A stretch of DNA of 64,000 nucleotides from an uncultured Gemmatimonadales bacterium (GTDB lineage Bacteria; Gemmatimonadota; Gemmatimonadetes; Gemmatimonadales; GWC2-71-9). Below, piece by piece: positions 52,101 to 61,612 of this stretch (within the stretch, counting starts at the first letter, position 1; each line of letters begins with the position of its first letter). The stretch covers positions 32,001-96,000 of the forward strand of contig CAVSQW010000001.1 in the NCBI GenBank assembly GCA_963730185.1, in the 5' to 3' direction. The notes beneath the pieces are model-generated. The model saw only the letters and a list, made by a program, of their open reading frames with translations, did no database searches and was not told the origin of the DNA. The translations under genes were made by a program, and so were the position numbers.

Positions 52101-52757
52101 CTCGCCAAGACGGCGAAGCCCGGCAGCCGGACCAGGCGGGGAAACCGGGACAGGCGGGGCAGCCCGGACAACCAGGTCGTCAGCCCGGCGAGGGCGACCG
52201 GGCCGGCGCAAGCCGACCGGGCCGGCCAAGCCGGCCGGGAGCCGGGTCAGTCAGGCCGGCCGGGCGAGCAAGGTAGGCAGGGGCAGCCGGGTCGGCCAGG
52301 GCAACCCGGTGGAGACCAGCCGGGCCCACCCCCGTCCAATGCCCAGCCGGGCAACGGCCCGCCGAACGGCACGATGCCGGGCCGGAACGGCCGTCTCGAC
52401 CCGGGTCAGGCCCGTCAGTTCGTGCGCGATCTCCGGAGCCGCCGGGCGGTCGCCGAGTCGCTCCGGGCCGACCTCCGGACGTTAGGACAGGACGCTGGTG
52501 ACATCGATCGGCTGATCGGCCAGTTCCGCGAGCTCGAGACCCCGGCCACGTTCGGGGACGTTCGCGGGCTCGCTCGGCTCGAGAACGATCTGATCGATCA
52601 ACTCAAGGATCTCGAGTTCGCGCTCTGGCGGAAGTTCGGCGAGGACGAAGGACAGCGGCCGGCCCTCGGCGCCTCGGCCCGGGTACCGCCCAAGTACCGG
52701 GAGCTGGTCGAGGAGTACTATCGCTCGTTGGCGCGGGAGCGGCCCAAGACGCCCTGA
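49184..52757 (+). CDS. Large DUF4175-like membrane protein (TM, Ig-like, long coiled coil, G/Q/P-rich linker); one frameshift at about 52208
   Basis: Three N-terminal TM; YPAYTG, DSPP.V, ADDYGV, LTPGD.ISYY; heptad-rich region; terminal VPPKYRELVEEYYRSLA; removing G52208 restores the repeat GDRAGQADRAGQA. Confidence 0.82.
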
Positions 52758-52829
52758 TAAGGACTGGCCGGTCGGCGAAACAGTCGATTTCGAGCCCGCG
52801 TAGGGCCAGTATCCTCACCCGGGCGCGAA

Positions 52830-53045
52830 ATGACCGTTCTGATTCTGGCCGGGCTGTTCCTGAGCAGCCTGGGCATCGCTCCGGCGCCCCCGGGGCGATG
52901 ACGGAGATCCCGCTGCCGATTCCCGGTGCCACGCCCGGCGTCGTCCGGGCCGGTTGGAAGGCCGGCGCCGTCTGGATCGGCACGAGTACCGCGGATGGGG
53001 CCCTGCGATACGATCCCGGCCCGGGCACGTTCGCGGCTGGGCCCG
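52830..53045 (+). pseudogene. Signal peptide plus one Vgb/NHL-like propeller blade (relic)
   Basis: MTVLILAGLFLSSLGIAPAPPG, frameshift in the GGGG run, then TEIPLPIPGATP..VRAG..GAVW...ADG..RYDP..GTF; similarity stops after one blade. Confidence 0.4.
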
Positions 53046-53092
53046 GATCTCGGCCCGGGGGGCGCGCCCCGGCCCGGCCGTTCAGGCGTTCC

Positions 53093-54394
53093 ATGCGGCC
53101 GATCGCCCTCGCCCTCGCCGGCCTGCTCGTCGGGCCGCCGCTGGCGGCCCAGGCCGACTCCCTGGCCGAGCTGGCCCGGACCCGGTACCGCGAGGCGATG
53201 ACCGCGTACCGCGCCGGCGACCTCCCCGCCGCTCGGGGACGGATGCTCGAAGCCCGGACCGCCTGGCCCACCCAATGGCGTTACCCCTACGACCTCGCCC
53301 TGCTCGCCGCCAAGGCGGGTGACCCGGTCGCGGCGGCCGGGTGGATCGACAGCTTGGCCACCCTGGGTGCCGGTCCTGACCTCCGATCCGACCCCGACCT
53401 CGCTCCTGTGGCTGGCACCCCAGCCGTCGAAGCGGCGCTCGCCCGCCTGGACCGAAACCGGCAGCCGATGGCGGCCAGTCGGCCCCGGTTCGAGCTGACC
53501 CAGACCGACCTCTTCCCCGAAGGGCTCGACGTCGACAGCGTGACCGGAGTCTTCTATCTGGCCAGCATCAGGCATCGGAAGGTGGTCAGCCTGAGCCCGG
53601 ACGGCGTGGTCCGGGATTTCGCCGCCTTCCCGGGCGCGCCGCTCGGCGCGGTGATGGGCGTGCGGGTCGACCCCCGCCGCCGGCGCCTCTGGGTCACCAG
53701 TCGAGCCTTGCCGCTGATGGCCGGCTACCGGGAAGCCGACGGGCGGCGGGCCGGGATAGCCGTCTTCGATCTCGGGACCGGATCCCTCCTCGCCGCCGAT
53801 ATCCTGCCCGACGACGGTCCCCACACGCTCGGTGACCTGGTGGTGGCCGATGATGGCGTCGCCTACCTCACCGACAGCGAAAGCCCGATCGTCTATCGAG
53901 CCCGGCTCGAAACCGACCGACTGGCGGTCGAGCCCTTCGTCAACAGCCCGCTCTTCCGCTCGCTCCAGGGGCCGGCGCTCGATCCGGCGGGGCGGACGCT
54001 CTTCGTCGCCGACTATTCCCACGGCCTCCTCGCGATCGACCTCGAATCCCGACAGGTGAGACTGATCGATCCTCCGGTCCAGGGCACCACGCTTGGCGTG
54101 GATGGCCTGACCTGGTGGAACGGCGGGTTGATCGGGATTCAGAACGGGATGTCGCCCGCGCGGGTGGTCTTCTTCGAGCTCGATCGGAACCGCACCCGGG
54201 TCACCCGCATCACCCTGCTCGACCGCCATCTCCCGGAGGCCGACGAGCCGACGATCGGCACCCGCCTCGGTCGACGATTCTTCTACGTGGCCAACAGTCA
54301 GTGGCCGGACTACGAGGACGACGGACGGCTCAAGGCCGGCGCATCGCTTCGCCCGCCGCTCATTCTCGAGCTCACCCTGCCGACTGCTCGCTGA
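53093..54394 (+). CDS. Secreted TPR + SMP-30/gluconolactonase-like beta-propeller protein
   Basis: Signal peptide MRPIALALAG..LAA-Q; helical N-domain; FPEG.D.D, YLTDS, LQG, VADY, GVDGL, IQNG, EPT. Confidence 0.75.
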   Translation: MRPIALALAGLLVGPPLAAQADSLAELARTRYREAMTAYRAGDLPAARGRMLEARTAWPTQWRYPYDLALLAAKAGDPVAAAGWIDSLATLGAGPDLRSDPDLAPVAGTPAVEAALARLDRNRQPMAASRPRFELTQTDLFPEGLDVDSVTGVFYLASIRHRKVVSLSPDGVVRDFAAFPGAPLGAVMGVRVDPRRRRLWVTSRALPLMAGYREADGRRAGIAVFDLGTGSLLAADILPDDGPHTLGDLVVADDGVAYLTDSESPIVYRARLETDRLAVEPFVNSPLFRSLQGPALDPAGRTLFVADYSHGLLAIDLESRQVRLIDPPVQGTTLGVDGLTWWNGGLIGIQNGMSPARVVFFELDRNRTRVTRITLLDRHLPEADEPTIGTRLGRRFFYVANSQWPDYEDDGRLKAGASLRPPLILELTLPTAR

Positions 54395-54489
54395 GCGGTC
54401 AGTGGTTGGGATCCGCTCCGCCGAGTAGCCCCTCCGACCGAGGACCGGCTACATTCGGAGCGCGGTGCTGGTGACTCCCACCCAGGAGT

Positions 54490-56277
54490 GTGTTCGTGCT
54501 TTCTTTGACCCTCCTCGCCCTGTTCGCGACGTCCGCGCCGCCGCCTCCCGCCGTGACCGGGCTGCGCTATGAGCTGGTCTTCACCGCGGCGAACGCAGCG
54601 GCTCGATCCGTCGATGTGGTGACCCGCTTCGACGTGTCGGCGCCCGGCCAGGTCGAGTTGTCGCTTCCGGCCTGGACTCCCGGCGCGTACGAGATCAGCA
54701 ACTTCGCCCGCCAGGTGTCCGAGTTCGCGGCGCGGCAGGGCGGCTCGGCGATTCGGTGGGACAAGGCCGACTACGACACTTGGCGACTGGCGGTGCCGGC
54801 CGCCGGCTCGGTCGAGGTGTCGTTCCGTTTCGCGGCCGACACGCTCGACAACGCGATGACTTGGAGCCAGCCGGATTTTCTCCTCGTGAACGGCACCAAC
54901 GTCTTTCTCTACCCCGAGGAGGCGAGCCTCGATTTTCCCGCGGCGGTGTCGGTCAAGACGGAAGCCGACTGGAAGGTCGTGACGCCGATGACGCCCGCCG
55001 GGACGGGCACCTATCAGGCCTCCAACTACCACGACCTGGTCGACATGCCCTTTTTCATCGGCCGGGTCGATCTCGACAGCGCCCGGGTCGACGGCGTCTG
55101 GCACCGGCTCGTGTCGTGGCCGGCCGGGCAGTTCCAAGGGCCCGCCCGTCAGTTACTCTGGAAGCAGCTCGAGACCCTGGTGCCGGCCGAGGCGCGGGTC
55201 TTTCAGGTGACACCGTGGGAGCGCTACACCACGATGGTGATCTTCGACTCGAGCTACGGCGGGGGCAGCGCGCTCGAGCATCAGAGCTCGCACGTGGGCA
55301 TCTACAATCCGCAGTTCATCGGCACCGCGATCCTGGCCTCGATCACCGCCCACGAGATCTTCCACGCCTGGAACGTGAAGCGCCTCCGCCCAGCCGATAT
55401 GGTGCCCTATCGGTACGATCGTCCGGAGCCGACCCCGCTCCTCTGGGTGAGCGAGGGCATCACCGACTACTATGCCGACCTGGCTCTGGTCCGGGGCGGC
55501 ATCATCGACTCGACCGTCTTCCTCAACGTGACCATGGGCAAGATGGACGAAGTGGCGCAGGCGCCGGCCGTGGCGTTGACCGACGCGTCGCTCTCCACCT
55601 GGATTCACCCGACCGACGGCACTTCGACCATCTACTATCCCAAGGGATCGCTGGCCGGCTTGCTGCTCGACGTCATGATCCGCGACGGGAGCGACAACCA
55701 TCGTTCCCTGGACGACGTGATGCGAACCCTCTATCGGAACGTCTACCTGGCCCGGAAGGGCGGCTTCACCACCGAGGAATGGCTCGGGGCCGTGAGCGAG
55801 GCGGCCGGCGGCCGGTCGTTCGACGAGTTCTATCGTCGGTACGTCGACGGCCGGGAGCCGTTCCCGTGGGCGAAGGTGGCCCCCTTGGCCGGCCTCCGGT
55901 TCATCGCCGATACGATTCGCGAGCCCCGGATCGGAATCACCTCGGGTGGCTCGGCCGGCGGTGGCGCCGAGGTGGTGGCCAGCATCACACCCGGCTCGGC
56001 GGCGAGCGACGCCGGCATCCAGGTGGGCGACACCCTGGTCTCCGTCGGCACCATCAAGGTCGATGCCCTCTTCGGCGTTCGCTTCCGCGCGACCTACGGC
56101 AAGCAGGTCGGTCAGACCATCCCGGTCGTGGTGAAGCGGGGTGGTCGGGAGGTGACCCTCTCGATGCCGATCCGCGAGGCGGTGCGGGTCGAGGAGCGGC
56201 TGGAGTTCGATCGTACCGCCGGCCCCAAGGCCGCCCGGATCCGAGGCGGCATCCTTCGCGGAACCACGGACCAGTGA
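54490..56277 (+). CDS. M61 glycyl aminopeptidase family with PDZ domain
   Basis: LPAWTPGAY, ALEH, AHEIFHAWNVKRLRP, LWVSEGITDYY, YYPKG, PDZ GSAA.DAGIQVGD; start may be GTG 54496. Confidence 0.92.
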   Translation: MFVLSLTLLALFATSAPPPPAVTGLRYELVFTAANAAARSVDVVTRFDVSAPGQVELSLPAWTPGAYEISNFARQVSEFAARQGGSAIRWDKADYDTWRLAVPAAGSVEVSFRFAADTLDNAMTWSQPDFLLVNGTNVFLYPEEASLDFPAAVSVKTEADWKVVTPMTPAGTGTYQASNYHDLVDMPFFIGRVDLDSARVDGVWHRLVSWPAGQFQGPARQLLWKQLETLVPAEARVFQVTPWERYTTMVIFDSSYGGGSALEHQSSHVGIYNPQFIGTAILASITAHEIFHAWNVKRLRPADMVPYRYDRPEPTPLLWVSEGITDYYADLALVRGGIIDSTVFLNVTMGKMDEVAQAPAVALTDASLSTWIHPTDGTSTIYYPKGSLAGLLLDVMIRDGSDNHRSLDDVMRTLYRNVYLARKGGFTTEEWLGAVSEAAGGRSFDEFYRRYVDGREPFPWAKVAPLAGLRFIADTIREPRIGITSGGSAGGGAEVVASITPGSAASDAGIQVGDTLVSVGTIKVDALFGVRFRATYGKQVGQTIPVVVKRGGREVTLSMPIREAVRVEERLEFDRTAGPKAARIRGGILRGTTDQ

Positions 56278-57326
56278 TGACACTCTTCGAATCACTCGCG
56301 GCGGGCCGACACGAGGCCATCGCACTCTGTTCCGATCCCGACATCGGCTACCGAGGGATCATCGCCATCCACTCCACCCGGCTGGGCCCCGCCGTCGGGG
56401 GCACCCGGTGGTGGACCTATGCCAGCGAGCACGACGCGATCACCGACGCGCTCCGGCTGTCGCGCGGAATGTCCTACAAGAACGCGCTGGCCGGGCTGCC
56501 CCTCGGCGGCGGCAAGTCGGTGATTCTGGGCGGGCCCGAGGCGCGCGATCGGGCCGCGATTCTCCGAGCCCACGGGCGGGCGGTCGATCAGTTCGCGGGG
56601 CGCTACATCACGGCCGAGGACGTGGGCACGTCGCCCGCCGACATGGAGCTCATCGCCGAGAGTACGCAGTACGTGGCCGGTCGCGAAAACGGCTCGGGCG
56701 ATCCGTCGCCCTTTACCGCCCGCGGGGTGTTCCGCGCGACCCAGGCGGCCGCCCACCTCCGCTGGGGCTCGGACGACCTGGCGGGCCGCACCGTGGCGCT
56801 CCAAGGGTGCGGCAACGTCGGCTACCACCTGGCGCTCGAGCTGGCCCGGGCCGGGGCCCGGATCGTGGCCAGCGACATCGACCCCGCCAAAGTGGAGCGC
56901 GTGGTGAAGGAGACAGGAGCCGCGAGCGAGGCCCCCGATCTGATCCACCAGGTCGAGGCCGACATCTTCGCCCCTTGCGCGCTCGGCGCGGTGATCAACG
57001 ACACCACCCTGCCGGCACTCCGGGTCGAGATCGTGTCGGGTGGTGCCAACAATCAGCTGCTGGAGCCCCGCCACGGCGACGCCCTCGCCGCCCGCGGGAT
57101 CCTCTATGTTCCGGACTACGTTGCCAACGCGGGCGGGGTCTCCTACGGCGGGGCGGTCGAGGTCCTTGGCCTCTCGGGCGAGCAGGCCAAGGAGCGGGTG
57201 GAAGCGATTTACGACACCACGCTGATGGTCCTGGAACGGGCGGCGCGGGACGGGGTCGGGCCGCACCTTGCGGCCGATCGGCTGGCCGAGGAGCGGATCC
57301 GCGCGGGAGGGGCCCCCCGGGCCTGA
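56277..57326 (+). CDS. Leu/Phe/Val (ELFV) amino-acid dehydrogenase
   Basis: IAIHSTRLGPAVGGTR, GMSYKNA, GGGKSV, TAEDVG, QGCGNVG, PCALG, GGANNQL, PDYVANAGG. Confidence 0.93.
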   Translation: MTLFESLAAGRHEAIALCSDPDIGYRGIIAIHSTRLGPAVGGTRWWTYASEHDAITDALRLSRGMSYKNALAGLPLGGGKSVILGGPEARDRAAILRAHGRAVDQFAGRYITAEDVGTSPADMELIAESTQYVAGRENGSGDPSPFTARGVFRATQAAAHLRWGSDDLAGRTVALQGCGNVGYHLALELARAGARIVASDIDPAKVERVVKETGAASEAPDLIHQVEADIFAPCALGAVINDTTLPALRVEIVSGGANNQLLEPRHGDALAARGILYVPDYVANAGGVSYGGAVEVLGLSGEQAKERVEAIYDTTLMVLERAARDGVGPHLAADRLAEERIRAGGAPRA

Positions 57327-57369
57327 ACCGTCGCGGGGCCGGCATCGGCCGGCCCCGCGGTACCTCGGA

Positions 57370-58959
57370 TCACTGCGGCTCGTTCGACTGCTTGGGCGGT
57401 GGCGCCAGCGCCAGGAGCTGCCGCTGGGTCCGGCCCCGTTGGATGTAGTCCAAGGCCGCCTGCACTTGCTTGTCCCACTTGATCGAGCGCCGGAACGCCG
57501 CCGAATCGCCGAAGGCCAGGCTGGCGACCCGCTGCTCCAGACTCCGATCGATCAGTTCCCCGCCGGCGTCGAACTGTTGCCGGGTCACGGTGACCTTGGC
57601 CTTTTGTAACCGGCTCCAGAGGTCGTCCCGCCAGGCCGGCTTGACCGCGAAGTCGGGGCTCACCTTGTTCTTGAGCTCGAGCGCGGTGTTGTAGACCGCC
57701 ACGTACCAGAGTGAGTACTGCGGCTGGTAGGCGCGGGCCAGATCGCGCTCGGCCGTCGAAAGGGTATCGGGGTCCACGGTAACGTCCGGCACCACCCCGC
57801 CGCCACCGAGGACCGTCCGGCCCGCGTCGGACCGGAAGACCGGCCGCTTGTGCTCGGCCGAGTCGGCCGGGGAGGCGTCGTATTCGACGAACCGCTCGTC
57901 GCCCAGCCGCTCGTGATCGGCTTGGATCGACCGGCCGCTCGGGGTGTACCACTTGCCCGTGGTGAGCTTCATCGCCCACCCGCCCTCGAGCGGGAAGAGC
58001 GTCTGCACCAGCCCCTTGCCGAACGAGTTGGTGCCGATGATCAGGGCGCGGTCGTGGTCCTGGAGGCTCCCGGCCACGATTTCGGAGGCCGAGGCGGTGT
58101 AACCGTCGACCAGCACCACCACCGGCATCGAGTCGATCACCGACGTCCGATTGGCGCGATACACCTCCGGCGCTTTGCCCCGATGCCGCACGCTGGCGAT
58201 CTCGGCGCCCGGCTGGAAGAAGAGGTTCCCAATCTCGAGTGCCTGATCCAGGCTGCCACCGCCGTTGCCCCGGAGATCGAGGATGAAGGCCTTGGCGCCG
58301 TCCTGCTTGAGCGAAGCCAGCGAGCGCTCCACGTCGGCCGCCGCGGACTCGTTGAAGCTCTGGAGTGGGATGTAGCCCACGTCGTCGTGGATGACGATGG
58401 AATAGGGCACGGCCGGAACCCGGATCACGGCCCGGGTGAAGGTCGCCTTGACCGGCTGGGGAATGCCGGCCCGCTGGAAGGTTACGTGCACCTCGGTCCC
58501 CGCCTCACCCAGCAGCCGGCCCGACACGGCCTCGAGCTTCCAGCCGGTCACGGCGGCGCTGTCCACCGTCAGGATTCGGTCGCCGGCGATCACCCCGCCC
58601 CGCTCGCTCGGCGTGTTGGGGAAGACCCGATTCACGATGATCGCGCCCTCTTGGCTCTCGATCACCATCCCGATGCCGCCGTAGTTGTTGCGTAGGGTCT
58701 GCCGCTGGAACGAGGCCAACTCCTCAGGGGAGTAGAGGTCGGCGTAGGGATCGTTGAGGTTCTTGATCAGACCGCGAGCGGCCCGCTCGTAGATGGTGCT
58801 CCGGTCGAGCGAGTCCACCGCGTTGGTTTCGATCCGGCTCAGGACTTGAGCGAAGAGCCTGGCGCCGTCGACCGGCTGCTGGCTTTGGAGGAGGAACGCT
58901 CCGGCGACGAGAGGGAGCCCGAAGAGGGCAGTCGCGGCGAGCAAGTGACGACGTCGCAT
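57370..58959 (-). CDS. C-terminal processing peptidase (S41, CtpA/Prc-like) with PDZ
   Basis: GGIGM PDZ, ILDLRGNGGG, TASASEIVAGSLQD, SFGKGLVQ, TPSGRSI. Confidence 0.92.
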   Translation of the reverse strand: MRRRHLLAATALFGLPLVAGAFLLQSQQPVDGARLFAQVLSRIETNAVDSLDRSTIYERAARGLIKNLNDPYADLYSPEELASFQRQTLRNNYGGIGMVIESQEGAIIVNRVFPNTPSERGGVIAGDRILTVDSAAVTGWKLEAVSGRLLGEAGTEVHVTFQRAGIPQPVKATFTRAVIRVPAVPYSIVIHDDVGYIPLQSFNESAAADVERSLASLKQDGAKAFILDLRGNGGGSLDQALEIGNLFFQPGAEIASVRHRGKAPEVYRANRTSVIDSMPVVVLVDGYTASASEIVAGSLQDHDRALIIGTNSFGKGLVQTLFPLEGGWAMKLTTGKWYTPSGRSIQADHERLGDERFVEYDASPADSAEHKRPVFRSDAGRTVLGGGGVVPDVTVDPDTLSTAERDLARAYQPQYSLWYVAVYNTALELKNKVSPDFAVKPAWRDDLWSRLQKAKVTVTRQQFDAGGELIDRSLEQRVASLAFGDSAAFRRSIKWDKQVQAALDYIQRGRTQRQLLALAPPPKQSNEPQ

Positions 58960-58983
58960 TACTTTACACTCCATGTTGGCGCC

Positions 58984-59011
58984 GAAGGGGGTACCCCACG
59001 GCACCCCCTTC
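58984..59011 (-). other. 12-bp RNA hairpin in the S41 peptidase leader
   Basis: Minus strand GAAGGGGGUGCC-GUGG-GGUACCCCCUUC (one G-U pair) about 10 nt before the RBS; no U tract. Confidence 0.55.
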
Positions 59012-59101
59012 CCGACCACCCCGCTCCGAGAGTCATCCCGAGACGGACGCGGCCCTTTCCTAAAGAAACCGCCCGCCGCCGGAAGCGCCAGACCGACGAG
59101 T

Positions 59102-59890
59102 CTATGGCTTCGTCAGGATCTCCTCGAACAGCTCCAGGGCGCGCGGATCCTCCGATTGCCCTAGCCAGAAGAGTGCCTTCTTTCGAATCGACGGGTCGGG
59201 GTTCGACCGAGCCACCCGGATCAAGGTCGGAACGCCCTCCTCCCGGGGGAGTTGCGACAGGGCGAACACCGCCTGCTCCCGCACCTCCCGGTCCTGCTCG
59301 TCGTCGGCCACGAAATCGCCCAGCTCGCGGACCACGGCCTCGCCGGCCTCCTGACTGAGCCAGAACACGGCACTCTTCCGGCTCTGGCGGTTCGCGTGCG
59401 AATCGCGGGCCAGGTCCAGCAGCTGACGCCAGACGGTCACGCTATCGGCGATCAAGGCCGGGAAGATCAGGTCGTCGGCCCCCCGGCCGGTACCCCGCCG
59501 GGCGAGGTCGAGCAGCGCGTCGGCGGCCTCCCGGGTCGCGACCCGCCCCAGCTCGCGCACGTCCGACGGCGTGTCCGGCCATTCCCCTCCTACGTAGACC
59601 CGCGATCGGGTGATTCGACCGTCTCGAACGGTGAGCGCGATCCGGACCGGCCCGTCGACACAGACTCGGTTTCGCCACCCGCGCCGGCCGCTCCAGCTTA
59701 CCCCGTCGTCGACATAGACGGATTCGCGATCCCGGAACCGGATCATGCCCCGTCCGTCACCGCAAACGTCTTCCCGAGCGGTGTATTCGATCCGCGCTAC
59801 CCCGTCCTGCTCGAGGATCCGGCGGGCCAGGGGCGTTGCCTGTGCCGGCGGTATCCCGCCGGTCATCAGCGCCACCATCAGCAGCATCAT
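59102..59890 (-). CDS. Secreted HEAT-repeat protein
   Basis: Signal-like N-terminus; Cys pair VCGDG..VCVDGP; repeats RKSAVFWLSQ, REQAVFALSQ, RKKALFWLGQ. Confidence 0.82.
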   Translation of the reverse strand: MMLLMVALMTGGIPPAQATPLARRILEQDGVARIEYTAREDVCGDGRGMIRFRDRESVYVDDGVSWSGRRGWRNRVCVDGPVRIALTVRDGRITRSRVYVGGEWPDTPSDVRELGRVATREAADALLDLARRGTGRGADDLIFPALIADSVTVWRQLLDLARDSHANRQSRKSAVFWLSQEAGEAVVRELGDFVADDEQDREVREQAVFALSQLPREEGVPTLIRVARSNPDPSIRKKALFWLGQSEDPRALELFEEILTKP

Positions 59891-59957
59891 CGTCCCCTCC
59901 TCGCCTCGTTGGCCCGGTCCGTCTCGCCGCCTGCCCGCCCGAGCGTTGCTCGTCTGG

Positions 59958-61574
59958 TCAGGGCTTGGTGATGATTTCCTCGAGCAGCTTCGCGACCCGA
60001 GGGTCGTCCGACTGCGAGAGCCAGAAGAGGGCTTTCTTCCGGAGCTCTGGGTCACGATCGGTCCGGGCGATCTCCATCAGCTTGTCGATCGCCTGCTTCT
60101 CGTGTCGCTGCGAGTAGACGAAGATCAGCTGCTCGCGGAGGTCGCGATCGGTGAACTTGTCGTAGAGCGAGAACAGCTCGGGCATGCTGGCGCCGCTCTG
60201 GCCCAGCCAGAAGAGGGCCTTCTTCCGGAGCTCGAGGCTTTCCTGCTGGTTGCCGGCGAGCTCGAGAAGCCACTGCTGGCCGCCGTCCTGATCCCCCTGG
60301 GCCAGGGCGAAGATGATCTTCTCCTTGAGCGACGGCTCCTTGGTCGAGCGATAGATAGTCTTGAGGAAGTCGAGGTTCTCGTTCCGGCCCGACTGACCCA
60401 GCCAGAAGATCGCCTTCTCACGGAGCGAGCTCGGGGCGTCGTTCCGCATGGCGTAGTCGCGGAGCGCCTCGGCGGCCCGGCCCGACGACTGTTGCGAGAG
60501 GGCGAAGATCGCCTTCTCCTGAACGCTCCGATCCGACGAGCTCTTGAGAATCGAGTCCAGGGCCGTAGTGGCGTGCTCCGTATTGACCTGGGAGAGCCAG
60601 AACACGCCGTTCTCGCGGACCTCCTGATCCGGGTCCGACCGGACCGCCTCCAGCAGCATGGCCTCGGCCCCCGCTCCGCTGTGCTGGGCGATCAGGAACA
60701 CCGCCTTCCGTCGGAGGCAAACCGACCCCTCGTCACGCCGGGCCATGACCTTGCCCAGGATCGGCAGGGCGCGGTCCGCATCCATTTGGAGCAGGGCGTT
60801 CAGGGCCGCCATCCGCTCGTCGTCCTCGTCGTTGCAGCTGCTCCGGCTCCGGCGCGCCTGGCGCAGGGCGTCCCGGGATCCGGCGTCCCGGGTCCGCGAC
60901 TCGTCGCGGGCCGTTCGCTCCAGCTGCTCGGCCTTCGTCCGGATGGTCTCGGCCGCTTGGGAGTTCCCGCGCTGGGCCAGCTGGCTCTGGATCCGGACCG
61001 TGAGGGCGTCCGCGTCGCCTCGAGTGGCCGCGTTGGGGAACTGCTGCTGCTGGTGGCGGAGCACGTCGAGGGCCGTGTTGAGGTTCGTCGTCGAGCCGTC
61101 GCGGTACCGGGCGTAGGCTTCCCAGTAGAAGGCGTCGGCCGCGTACGACGAGCGCGGATGCCGATCGTGAATCTCGCGGAACAGGTAGGCCGCCTGACCA
61201 TTGTTCCCGCGATTCAGGGCGTCCCGCGCCGCCCGGTACAGGGAATCTGCCGGGTCCTGCGGAGCCCAGCCGGCCCGGGGCTCGATCGCGAGCGTCGAAT
61301 GGACGCCATAGCGGAGCGCGTCGAGCGTCGCCAGACGCTCGGTGGCCCGCAGGGCGCTCAGCTCGGCCAACTGCTCGCTCAGCCGGCCCAGCGCTCCCAC
61401 CTGGGCCGACATCGCGGCGACGGCGGGGCCGATCCCGATGGCGCGGTCGCGAAGGGCCGCGGCCCGTGCCTCGAGCTCGGCCAGGCTTTGAGTCGGCGAC
61501 TGGGCTCGGGCCGGAACGGCCGGACCGAGCAAGGCCAGGCTCACCAGAGCGGTAGTAAGGCGGATGGTGGTCAT
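59958..61574 (-). CDS. Secreted TPR + HEAT-repeat protein
   Basis: Signal peptide ending ARA-Q; TPR-like LYRAARDAL..AADAFYW; about 8 R.KA(I/V/L)F(W/A)L(S/G)Q HEAT units. Confidence 0.85.
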   Translation of the reverse strand: MTTIRLTTALVSLALLGPAVPARAQSPTQSLAELEARAAALRDRAIGIGPAVAAMSAQVGALGRLSEQLAELSALRATERLATLDALRYGVHSTLAIEPRAGWAPQDPADSLYRAARDALNRGNNGQAAYLFREIHDRHPRSSYAADAFYWEAYARYRDGSTTNLNTALDVLRHQQQQFPNAATRGDADALTVRIQSQLAQRGNSQAAETIRTKAEQLERTARDESRTRDAGSRDALRQARRSRSSCNDEDDERMAALNALLQMDADRALPILGKVMARRDEGSVCLRRKAVFLIAQHSGAGAEAMLLEAVRSDPDQEVRENGVFWLSQVNTEHATTALDSILKSSSDRSVQEKAIFALSQQSSGRAAEALRDYAMRNDAPSSLREKAIFWLGQSGRNENLDFLKTIYRSTKEPSLKEKIIFALAQGDQDGGQQWLLELAGNQQESLELRKKALFWLGQSGASMPELFSLYDKFTDRDLREQLIFVYSQRHEKQAIDKLMEIARTDRDPELRKKALFWLSQSDDPRVAKLLEEIITKP

Positions 61575-61612
61575 GGAGTCGATCTCCTCAGATCTGCTGT
61601 GTAATTCGTAGG

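Noticed and set aside
52120..52380. G/Q/P-rich repeats as a CRISPR or collagen-like element
   Set aside because: Imperfect coding low-complexity linker; no constant repeat-spacer structure and no cas genes.
38644..52757. MoxR-vWA operon as a ternary conflict/anti-phage system or CoxD/NirQ-type metal chaperone
   Set aside because: No effector, NTPase-fusion or client redox-enzyme genes; partners are the DUF58/BatA/DUF4159 envelope type.
54756..57326. 856-aa ORF suggesting a long N-terminal fusion to the amino-acid dehydrogenase (similarly extended ORFs for moxR, S9 and the aldolase)
   Set aside because: The extensions are off-frame overlaps of neighbouring genes; real starts are at coupled or RBS-supported codons.
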